Below are positions 1-6,737 of a stretch of 64,000 bases of DNA, one piece after another. The position numbers and the translations under genes were made by a program. Below the pieces are notes generated by a model that made no database searches, was not told where the DNA came from, and worked only from the letters and a program-made list of their open reading frames with translations. The stretch lies in assembly GCA_903936705.1 (NCBI GenBank), contig CAIZWN010000083.1, positions 30,346-94,345 of the forward strand. Reading direction: 5' to 3'. Source of the DNA: an uncultured Myxococcales bacterium (GTDB taxonomy: Bacteria > Myxococcota_A > UBA9042 > DTJE01). The first letter of the stretch is position 1. Each line of letters opens with the position of its first letter.

Positions 1-71
1 CGTGCAGACATCATCCGCACGACGACAAGGAGAACGAGGACGCGCCCGAGGCCGAGGCCCCGGCGGCTTGA
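1..71 (+). CDS. 3' end of an upstream gene (frame 3, C-terminal residues ...HHPHDDKENEDAPEAEAPAA, stop TGA at 69-71). Partial, product unknown. It does not end in Gly-Gly.
   Basis: Frame 3 is open from the window edge to a TGA at 69-71, immediately before the RBS of the JAB gene. Confidence 0.3.
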   Translation, partial: CRHHPHDDKENEDAPEAEAPAA

Positions 72-82
72 AGGAGGCCAGG

Positions 83-850
83 ATGAAGTACACCAGCGCG
101 ATCACCCAGGTCTGGCTCGACCTGGCGGCCCACGAGAAACTGTGGGCGTGGACCCGGATGGCCAAGGGCGAGGTCTCGATGCTGGGCCTCGTCGAGGACG
201 GCGACGGCGGCCCGGTCATCACCGACGTCTTCCTGATGCGGCAGACCTGCACGGCGGCCTCGACCGACATGGATCAGGCGGACATCGCCCGGCTGCTGTT
301 CGACCTGGGGGCCGCCGGCATCGAGGGCCAGCTGCGTGCGTGGGTCCACAGCCACGCCGAGATGGCCGTGTTCTGGAGCGGCACGGACGACAAGTGCATC
401 GAAGGCCTGGGCGGCGATCCGTACATCGTGTCCCTGGTCGTCAACCGGAAGGGTGACGTCAAGGCCCGCATCGACGTGTTCCAGCCGATCCGGTTCGTGA
501 TCGACGACGTGCCGGTGAAGCTCCGGGTCCCCGACCTGGGCTTGGAGGAGCCCTGCAAGGCGGAGTTCATGGCCAAGGTCACCGAGGTCCATGCCTTCTC
601 GACCCTGGGGATCGGCCTGCCGGGCAGCATGTTGTCAGGGCTCCCCAGCAACGAACAGCCCGACCTGTTCGGCAGCCGCCTGCACCGGCGGTCGTTCGCG
701 ATGATGGACCTGGACGAGATGGAGGCCGCCGTCTACCGCGGCGAGATGTCGGTGGACGAGTACATGCGGGCGACGGGGGACGACTCCTTCATCGACCCAT
801 TCGTGGACAACGGCGAACCTGGGGAGGTGGCCAATGGCCGGCATGCGTGA
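83..850 (+). CDS. JAMM/JAB (MPN+) family zinc metalloprotease, 255 aa
   Basis: The ATG at 83 is preceded by AAGGAGG at 71-77. The translated sequence carries the canonical JAMM motif H-S-H-x7-S-x2-D (HSHAEMAVFWSGTDD), with an upstream Glu present. Third codon positions are G/C-saturated, as in the rest of the island. Confidence 0.75.
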   Translation: MKYTSAITQVWLDLAAHEKLWAWTRMAKGEVSMLGLVEDGDGGPVITDVFLMRQTCTAASTDMDQADIARLLFDLGAAGIEGQLRAWVHSHAEMAVFWSGTDDKCIEGLGGDPYIVSLVVNRKGDVKARIDVFQPIRFVIDDVPVKLRVPDLGLEEPCKAEFMAKVTEVHAFSTLGIGLPGSMLSGLPSNEQPDLFGSRLHRRSFAMMDLDEMEAAVYRGEMSVDEYMRATGDDSFIDPFVDNGEPGEVANGRHA

Positions 851-1547
851 AGCCGTGCTGAAATTCCCGGAACCCGACGGCGTTCGGGAAGTCGTCGTGC
901 TGCCCGAGGCCGGGTTCGTCCGGCAGCGGGACATCCTGCCCTGGGAGAAGTTGCAGGCGGCCAGGATCACGGTCATCGGCGCCGGGGCCGTGGGGTCCTT
1001 CACGGCGCTGTCCCTGGTGAAGATGGGTGTCGGCACCGTCGAGGTGTACGACTTCGACACCGTTTCCGTCGAGAACCTGGGCCCCCAGTGGTTCCGGGTG
1101 TGCGACCTGGGGCGCCCGAAGGTCGAGGCGCTGGCCGACCAACTGGCGGCGTTCGGCGGCAACGTCGTCGCCCACAATGAGCGGTTCCTGGCCCAGCCGG
1201 TGTCGGGCATCGTGGTCTGCACGGTGGACTCCATGGACGCCCGGATCGCGATCTGGAGGCACATCCGCAAGTGCAGGCGGGTGGACCTGTATCTGGACGC
1301 CCGGATGGGCGCCGAGGTCGGCAAGGTGTTCGCCATCCGCCCCCAGGACCCGGAAGACTGCCGGGCCTACGAGGCGGAACTGTACCCGTCCACCGAAGCG
1401 TTCCGTGCCCCCTGCACGGCTCGCAGCACGATCTACTGCGCGTCCGGGCTGTCGGCATTCCTGGCCGCCACGGTCGGCAACCACCTGGCCGGGCGCCGGT
1501 ACCGCCGGGAGCTGGTCGTGGACTTCCGGCAGGGGCTCATCGTCTGA
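834..1547 (+). CDS. Minimal E1-like (ThiF/MoeB-fold) adenylyltransferase-like protein, about 235 aa. Alternative start at ATG 843.
   Basis: Rossmann motif VIGAGAVGS, a ThiF-like stretch VYDFDTVSVENLGPQ, and the start overlaps the JAB stop (ATGCGTGA), indicating translational coupling. No fused E2 domain and no CxxC zinc motif are visible. Confidence 0.7.
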   Translation: MAGMREAVLKFPEPDGVREVVVLPEAGFVRQRDILPWEKLQAARITVIGAGAVGSFTALSLVKMGVGTVEVYDFDTVSVENLGPQWFRVCDLGRPKVEALADQLAAFGGNVVAHNERFLAQPVSGIVVCTVDSMDARIAIWRHIRKCRRVDLYLDARMGAEVGKVFAIRPQDPEDCRAYEAELYPSTEAFRAPCTARSTIYCASGLSAFLAATVGNHLAGRRYRRELVVDFRQGLIV

Positions 1548-1570
1548 ACCTCCCCACCTGTGGATAGGTT

Positions 1571-1620
1571 CGGGACCGGGCCACCAGTGCTCTTGGCCGG
1601 TGACCCGCGTCCCGCCTCAC
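1571..1620 (+). promoter_or_regulatory. Conserved island element, copy 1 (cgggaccggg..N..ttggccggtgacccgcgtcccgcc), about 100 nt upstream of the sigma-factor gene
   Basis: Near-identical ~45-nt sequence found again at 3371-3417 and 4426-4460 (core GGCCGG[C/T]G[A/T]CCCGCGTCCCG). All three copies are intergenic and lie in front of + strand genes. Confidence 0.55.
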
Positions 1621-1716
1621 CCAGGGTGCCTTCCCCGGGCCTGTACCCGACATCGCAGGCCCGGATGGGCCGGAGCCTGCGTCTCCAAGGCCTTCGCCGA
1701 CCACAAGGAGGTCTCG

Positions 1717-2376
1717 ATGAGCATGCTCGCATGTACTGCGCCGATTCCGCAGCCCCTTCCCGGCCTGGCTCCAGGCCGTCGGCGCGGCCGCCCCTACAAA
1801 GTGGTTCCGATCCGGCCGCTCCTCGACACCCGCCCCAGCAGCGCCGTGGTGCTGCGGCCCATGCCGACGTTCGACGAATTGATGGTGCTGGTCAAGAAGG
1901 TCTCCCGCTGGTTCGAGCGCCGCTACGGTCTGCCTGCCGGGTGGAGCGAGGACGACATGCTGCAAGAAGGTGCCGTGGGGCTGGTCCGAGCGATTGCGAA
2001 GTACGACCCCACTCGGCCCTGTGCCCTGGAGACGTACGCGGGCTATTGGGTGCGTGGCTCGCTGTGGAGGGCGCTGAAGGAGCGTTGGACGGAACTGAAC
2101 CACGAAGCACCACCGCCGCCGGACGACCTGGAGGGCCCGTGGCCATCGCCAGAGACATACTGTCTGTATCGCGAGACCCGCGACGCGATCCTGGACGAAC
2201 TGTCGCTGGCCGAGCAGGTGCTGGTGTTCGGCGCGGCGGACGACGAGCCCCTGTCGTCGATGGCGCGGGAACTGGGGCTCAGCACGTCGGCCGTCTTCCG
2301 GTGGCACCGGCGCGCCCTGAAGAAGGTCCGGGCGGCCGTGGGTGCGCGGCACGACGATGTGCCACCGGCGGGATGA
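1717..2376 (+). CDS. Sigma-70 family RNA polymerase sigma factor (ECF/group-3-like), about 219 aa
   Basis: Region 2-like segment EDDMLQEGAVGLVRAIAKYDPTRPCALETYAGYWVRGSLWRAL and a region-4 HTH LSSMARELGLSTSAVFRWHRRALKKVR. AAGGAGGT RBS at 1705-1712. The first part of the 1027..2376 ORF overlaps the E1 gene and is taken to be non-coding. Confidence 0.65.
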   Translation: MSMLACTAPIPQPLPGLAPGRRRGRPYKVVPIRPLLDTRPSSAVVLRPMPTFDELMVLVKKVSRWFERRYGLPAGWSEDDMLQEGAVGLVRAIAKYDPTRPCALETYAGYWVRGSLWRALKERWTELNHEAPPPPDDLEGPWPSPETYCLYRETRDAILDELSLAEQVLVFGAADDEPLSSMARELGLSTSAVFRWHRRALKKVRAAVGARHDDVPPAG

Positions 2377-2424
2377 CCGAGTCCACCAGGCTTCCTGTGT
2401 GCGGCACCTACAAGGAGGTGGACG

Positions 2425-2751
2425 TTGGGTAGACCTTGTCCAGACGAGGCGCTCGATCCGGACGACGTCCTGACGCCGGGCGAGGCTGCAGCAGTCTTGA
2501 AGTTGCCGGTGAAGACCATCACGCAGTTGTGCCGTCAGGGCAGGGTGCCGGGCGCCGCGAAGGTCGGGCGCCAATGGCGGGTACGCCGCTGGGCGCTCGA
2601 CGTGCTGCTGCCCCGACAGGACACCTGGGCAGCTCTGCAAGCACCCGGGGACGCAGCGACCGAGGTGCCCACCCCGTGCGGGAGGCGCCCACATAGATAC
2701 AAGGCCGAGAAAGAACTGACACGCGCCGAGGTGCTCAAGCGTCTGCGGTGA
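2425..2751 (+). CDS. AlpA/Xis-family helix-turn-helix DNA-binding protein (TTG start)
   Basis: Motif LTPGEAAAVLKLPVKTITQLCRQGRVPGAAKVGRQWRVRRWALDVLL matches the excisionase/MerR-type HTH typical of island regulators. Confidence 0.5.
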   Translation: MGRPCPDEALDPDDVLTPGEAAAVLKLPVKTITQLCRQGRVPGAAKVGRQWRVRRWALDVLLPRQDTWAALQAPGDAATEVPTPCGRRPHRYKAEKELTRAEVLKRLR

Positions 2752-2777
2752 ACAGTACCGGCAGGGAGGTGGCCACG

Positions 2778-3152
2778 ATGGTGCAGAAGGACCAGGACGA
2801 CAAGTCCGCGGGGGCGCCGCCGCCGGACGCAGCATGGTGGACGCACGCCGAGACGTGCCACCACCTGCGGGTGGACGCAAGGACACTCGTCAAGATGATG
2901 CGGCAGACGCCGGAACACATCGACCGTCCATGGGTCAACTACGGTATGCCAAGACGGCCCTTCTACCGGTGGCGCGCCGAGGGTGTGGACCGGTGGTGGG
3001 TCGCCGTGAATGAGTGGCGGACGTCGGGGACACAGAGCACGAAACCCGCCAGCACTCGAATCCGGACTCGTGCACATCCGGATCGTGACGATCGTGAACC
3101 GGGCCAGAGCCTCGCGGAATACGTGCGTTCACTTCGCACCGGGCGGACCTAG
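2778..3152 (+). CDS. Second AlpA/Xis-like HTH protein
   Basis: RBS AGGGAGGTGG at 2764-2773. Motif ETCHHLRVDARTLVKMMRQ...RPFYRWRAEGVDRWW. Confidence 0.45.
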   Translation: MVQKDQDDKSAGAPPPDAAWWTHAETCHHLRVDARTLVKMMRQTPEHIDRPWVNYGMPRRPFYRWRAEGVDRWWVAVNEWRTSGTQSTKPASTRIRTRAHPDRDDREPGQSLAEYVRSLRTGRT

Positions 3153-3299
3153 TGAACCTTCCTCGCGGACGGGCCCCAGGCTTTCCGCGCTGCTGGCTGC
3201 GAACACCGGCAACGACCTGATCGTCTGAACCACGCAGGCTACTCGCCGAACGGTCACCACCTTCCCGTGGGAGTGGAAGCGGGCGGGGGGAAGGAGGTG

Positions 3300-3365
3300 A
3301 TGCCGATGGAGAAGATCCTGGTCATGCTGTTCCTGACCTTGATCCAGGCCCTGTTCGACGAGTAG
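3300..3365 (+). CDS. 21-aa hydrophobic small ORF (MPMEKILVMLFLTLIQALFDE)
   Basis: Strong SD GGAAGGAGGTG ends 1 nt before the ATG. All 21 sense codons end in G or C, matching island codon bias. It lies directly upstream of conserved element copy 2. Confidence 0.45.
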   Translation: MPMEKILVMLFLTLIQALFDE

Positions 3366-3370
3366 CCCCC

Positions 3371-3417
3371 GGGACCGGGGCGCCGGTGCACCCGGCCGGC
3401 GTCCCGCGTCCCGATGC
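3371..3417 (+). promoter_or_regulatory. Conserved island element, copy 2, about 85 nt upstream of the metallophosphoesterase gene
   Basis: Sequence ccgggaccggggcgccggtgcacccggccggcgtcccgcgtcccg aligns at roughly 38 of 48 positions with copy 1. Confidence 0.55.
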
Positions 3418-3501
3418 TTCCTGCCATCACCGGACGATCGCGCTGACGATCCTGGTTGTATGGGAGGCGTAAGCGACCCACAATCCACCCTGGAGGCACG
3501 G

Positions 3502-4356
3502 ATGCCCAGCAAGCCCCTTCGTCTGGCTGTTCTTTCCGATCTGCACATCGACTGCGACGCCGACCCCCAGTCCTGGGAACTGGCGAAGGCTGCTTTCAGG
3601 GCTGCCCAGGCCGAAGGTGCCAACCACATCGTGGTCGTCGGCGACGTGTTCGACTGCTCGACGGCCATGGCGCGGGACCAGGGCGTTGTGCGCACCTACC
3701 TGCGCCGGCGCGGCGCCTGGCATCGAGACCGGCTGACCCTGGTGGTCGGCAACCACGACATCTTCCACACGGCCCACCGGTCCGACCGCTTCATCGAAGG
3801 CATGAACATCATCCTGCAAGATGCTCAGCAGATGTACGAACTCTTCTGCCACTGGGCCGGAGAGCTCGTCGACGAGGACGACCGGTTCGGCGAGTACAAC
3901 CTCTTCCCGACGACCAAGTTGCTCGGGCACGTGCGTCTTTCCTGCATCGACACGACCGAAACCAACACGGCGGATTCGACGAACGGTCGCGTCGACACGG
4001 CCGACATCGGGTTGCTCTCCGGACTCGGCGAGGGTGTCCGGCACGTACTGGCGATGCACAACGCCCCGCTCGAGGGTCGAATCAGCACCATCAAAGCGCT
4101 GGACGGGTATGCGGGAGGGTTCGCGAAGACGGATCTGCGCCGGCTGCAGAGGCTCGTGGACGGTGCCGAGGTCGAGGCGATCGTCTGCGGGCACATTCAC
4201 AACAACTTGGGCGACCCGTACGAGTGGGAACTCACTGGCGGGCAGCCGGTCTATCTGATGGGCCGCACCGGCGGCGTGCACGATACGACGCCCGTGATCG
4301 GTCTGCTCGATGTACCTCAGCGGGGCAGGATCCGCTGGCGGGAAGTGGAGATCTGA
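3502..4356 (+). CDS. Calcineurin-like metallophosphoesterase
   Basis: Motifs LSDLHID (DxH), VVGDVFD (GD), VVGNHD (GNHD) and CGHIHN (GH). RBS GGAGG at 3492-3496. Confidence 0.7.
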   Translation: MPSKPLRLAVLSDLHIDCDADPQSWELAKAAFRAAQAEGANHIVVVGDVFDCSTAMARDQGVVRTYLRRRGAWHRDRLTLVVGNHDIFHTAHRSDRFIEGMNIILQDAQQMYELFCHWAGELVDEDDRFGEYNLFPTTKLLGHVRLSCIDTTETNTADSTNGRVDTADIGLLSGLGEGVRHVLAMHNAPLEGRISTIKALDGYAGGFAKTDLRRLQRLVDGAEVEAIVCGHIHNNLGDPYEWELTGGQPVYLMGRTGGVHDTTPVIGLLDVPQRGRIRWREVEI

Positions 4357-4370
4357 CGACACCAATGCCC

Positions 4371-4386
4371 GGCGACCGCGGTCGCC
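4371..4386. repeat. Perfect 16-bp palindrome GGCGACCGCGGTCGCC, 15 nt after the phosphoesterase stop
   Basis: The sequence is its own reverse complement. Possible operator or terminator stem. Confidence 0.5.
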
Positions 4387-4425
4387 GGAATCCACCCTCT
4401 TCGTGATCCAGCCGATCGCATCGCT

Positions 4426-4460
4426 GCCGGTGTTCGTGGCCGGCGTCCCGCGTCCCGGTC
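4426..4460 (+). promoter_or_regulatory. Conserved island element, copy 3, ending about 28 nt before the RadC start
   Basis: gccggtgttcgtggccggcgtcccgcgtcccggtc shares the GGCCGGCGTCCCGCGTCCCG core with copy 2. Confidence 0.55.
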
Positions 4461-4487
4461 ATCCCCAACACCAACATGGAGGTCGTC

Positions 4488-5144
4488 GTGAACGAAGTGA
4501 AGGAGCGTCTGCTCGCCTTCGGGGCGGGGTGCATGTCGGACACCGAACTACTGGCCCTGGTCATCGGCGGCTCGTCCGGTGCACCTGCGGAGTCGACGGC
4601 GCGCACCCTGCTCGAGCAGATCGGCACTCCCCGCGGCCTGGCATCCCGCCGCGCGACGGAGCTGGCACGGGTCCCCGGGATGAACCCGACCCGGGCCCAC
4701 CGGCTCCTGGCCGCCATCGAACTGGGCGCCCGCGCGCAGGTCGCGGTGGACGCCGGGCAGCCCCTGATGACGGCGGCGGACGTCGCCGCCCGTTGCCACC
4801 GCCTGAAGTCCGAGACCGTCGAGCAGTTCGTGGCGATCAGCGTGAACGCCCGGAACCGCGTACTCGGCGAGTGGGTCGTAGCCCGGGGCTGGGAGTCCGG
4901 CGTGAACCTGACCCCGCGGCAGGTGTTCACGCTGCTGTCCAAGGAGTCCGTTTCACGCGTGATCCTGGTCCACAACCACCCCTCCGGGGACCCGACCCCG
5001 AGTCCCGAGGACGTGCGGTTCACGCAACGGCTCCTGGAAGCCGCCCGGACGCTGGACATCAAGGTGCTGGACCACGTCATCGTCGCCAGCGGGGGCTTCG
5101 CCAGCATCCGGGAGCAGGCACGGGGCGACGTGGAGTTCGGGTAA
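4488..5144 (+). CDS. radC: RadC-family JAB-domain protein. GTG start at 4488 (ATG 4476 also possible).
   Basis: N-terminal ERLLAFGAGCMSDTELLALVIGGS and JAMM motif HNHPSGDPTPSPED. GGAGG at 4479-4483. Confidence 0.7.
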   Translation: MNEVKERLLAFGAGCMSDTELLALVIGGSSGAPAESTARTLLEQIGTPRGLASRRATELARVPGMNPTRAHRLLAAIELGARAQVAVDAGQPLMTAADVAARCHRLKSETVEQFVAISVNARNRVLGEWVVARGWESGVNLTPRQVFTLLSKESVSRVILVHNHPSGDPTPSPEDVRFTQRLLEAARTLDIKVLDHVIVASGGFASIREQARGDVEFG

Positions 5145-5177
5145 GTCAGAGCAGGAACCTCTACCGACCTCATCTGA

Positions 5178-5480
5178 TCAATTCCACTTGGTGGCCGGTA
5201 GTGACTTCGAGGGTAGCCACACGGAGCGCCCGCCGAACCCGACGACAACCACGGGGCAGAAGGGCCCGTCGTACTGGACAATGGCGAGCCCGACCTCCTC
5301 GTCAGGTCCCTTGAGAAGTGAGGAATAAGCCCGGCGATCCACGATATCGAGGCGCATCACCTGTTGCGAAGATGGGATGCTGCGTCTCGCCTCGCTGATC
5401 TCATCTTCAGGCACCCCGAAGGATCGGAACGAGTCTTCGCCCACGTGGAGGAGGATCAGAGACTCGCGGGGTCTATCCAT
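5178..5480 (-). CDS. Hypothetical 100-aa protein (MDRPRESLILLHVGEDSF...AIVQYDGPF...) in a lower-GC patch. A possible upstream GTG would extend it.
   Basis: ATG (cat at 5478-5480) lies within the long minus-strand ORF 5178..6437. The local composition is about 60% GC, unlike the flanking 70% DNA. No recognisable motif. Confidence 0.3.
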   Translation of the reverse strand: MDRPRESLILLHVGEDSFRSFGVPEDEISEARRSIPSSQQVMRLDIVDRRAYSSLLKGPDEEVGLAIVQYDGPFCPVVVVGFGGRSVWLPSKSLPATKWN

Positions 5481-5675
5481 CGAGCGATAGTTCGCGAGCA
5501 ACGCCTGTTGCACCTCAGGCTGCAGAGCCAGCTCGCGACGACGGGACTGTCCGTTGCGACCTGCTCCTCCAACATGAACCTTCTTTCCAGCCACCCGGTC
5601 CTCCTCCGCGCCATCAGGTCCCCATGGTATCCCATCGGGGATTCCAGGCTCCGCTGATCGTGCTCCCCGAAGGCG

Positions 5676-6068
5676 GTGGTCGCCCACCGTAGTCGGGTCA
5701 AGGCCATGATCAACTGGTGCGACATCCACGTTGAGGTCCCCGCCGTGCCCTTCCGTGATCTCGCCCGGCCCGGCGGCGGGGAGACGTCGGAGATCGCACG
5801 CATGCGCGTCACCCAGGCCCGGGAGCACCGTCGATCCCGGGACGAAGAACTGTCCCGACGTCGGGACACCACCGCGAAGGCATCGCTGCCGCCCGAGGCC
5901 ACGCGCCTGCTGGAGGCCGCCCAGGAGCGCCTGGGCCTGTCGCCAAAGTCCATCGACGCCGTCCTGCGGGTCGCCCGCACCATCGCCGACCTCGATGGCA
6001 ATGACGACATGCGCGTCGTTCACGTCAGCGAGGCCATCCAGTTCCGGTGGCTGGACCGCCACATCTGA
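5676..6068 (+). pseudogene. comM: 3' remnant of comM/yifB (Mg-chelatase-like ATPase C-terminal domain only)
   Basis: Translation IDIHVEVP...SEIARMRVTQAREHRRSR...AVLRVARTIADLDGNDDMRVVHVSEAIQFRWLDRHI matches the YifB/ComM C-terminus. No AAA+ domain is encoded upstream in any frame. Confidence 0.6.
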
Positions 6069-6188
6069 CGAATCAGGTCTTGGCCGGGACCCATTCCATG
6101 AGGACGGGGCTCCCGGGATTCCAGCCGGCGGGACCCTCCTGCTGAAGGTCACCGTCCGAACCCAACCCCCAAACCCAAGGAGATCCCC

Positions 6189-6737
6189 ATGACCAACGTC
6201 ATCCGCCTTCGCACCACCCGGACGCCCGATGCCGGGAAGATGCCCGCGTCGGACGCCCCGAACCCCGTCGCCGCCCTCGTGGCGACCATCGACAAGGCCC
6301 TCGGCGACACCTGGTCCTTCGATCTGGTGCATCACGAGGTCGTCGGCGACGAGACCATCGTGTTCGCGAACCTCGTGGTCGACGGCAAGCACCGGATCGG
6401 CATCGGCGGCACCAGCGAGAAGGGCACGCTGGTCCACCGGCTGAACGCCGCCACCCTGGACGCCCTGACGCGCGCAGCGGGGTGGATGGGGATTGCGACC
6501 GCGGAGGCGATCACGCCCCAGGCGATCCCCGAGCCCGAAGCCCCCGGCCCGGCCGAGGCCGGCACCCGAATCACGCGGAAGCAGCTGGACTACGCGATCA
6601 GCCTGGCTCGTGACCGCGGTATCGCCCGGGACAAGCTGGCAGCGCGGTGCCTGGCCGAGTTCAAGAAGAAGCCCGAGTACCTGACGAGGGCCGAGGCCAG
6701 TGTTCTGATCGAGACCCTCAAGCAGGAGGCCGCGTGA
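6189..6737 (+). CDS. Putative Rad52/Sak-like single-strand annealing protein
   Basis: RBS AAGGAG. The core ...VVDGKHRIGIGGTSEKGTLVHRLNAATLDALTRAAGWMGIA resembles the Rad52-family G-x-G...A-x-TDALKRA..FGIG signature. It is followed immediately by an exonuclease. Confidence 0.4.
   Translation: MTNVIRLRTTRTPDAGKMPASDAPNPVAALVATIDKALGDTWSFDLVHHEVVGDETIVFANLVVDGKHRIGIGGTSEKGTLVHRLNAATLDALTRAAGWMGIATAEAITPQAIPEPEAPGPAEAGTRITRKQLDYAISLARDRGIARDKLAARCLAEFKKKPEYLTRAEASVLIETLKQEAA

Noticed and set aside
1027-1716. 5' part of ORF 1027..2376 overlapping the E1-like gene in another frame
   Set aside because: It gives a Pro/Arg/Ser/Trp-rich low-complexity translation typical of an off-frame read of high-GC coding DNA. 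The sigma-factor homology begins only at the ATG at 1717, which has a good RBS.
1537-2886. 449-aa minus-strand ORF antisense to the sigma-factor and HTH genes. The many other overlapping high-GC ORFs (e.g. 4232..5281 -, 4310..5314 +, 6590..7687 -, 9125..10384 -, 12671..13966 -, 15155..16291 -) are rejected on the same grounds.
   Set aside because: Low-complexity Arg/Pro/Gly-rich translations that lie opposite to, or out of frame with, genes having clear family motifs. These are expected artefacts in 65-70% GC DNA.
5178-6437. 419-aa minus-strand ORF spanning the comM remnant and the low-GC patch
   Set aside because: It is antisense to a recognisable ComM C-terminal domain in 70% GC DNA. Only its last 100 codons (5178-5480, lower GC, own ATG) are kept as a hypothetical gene.
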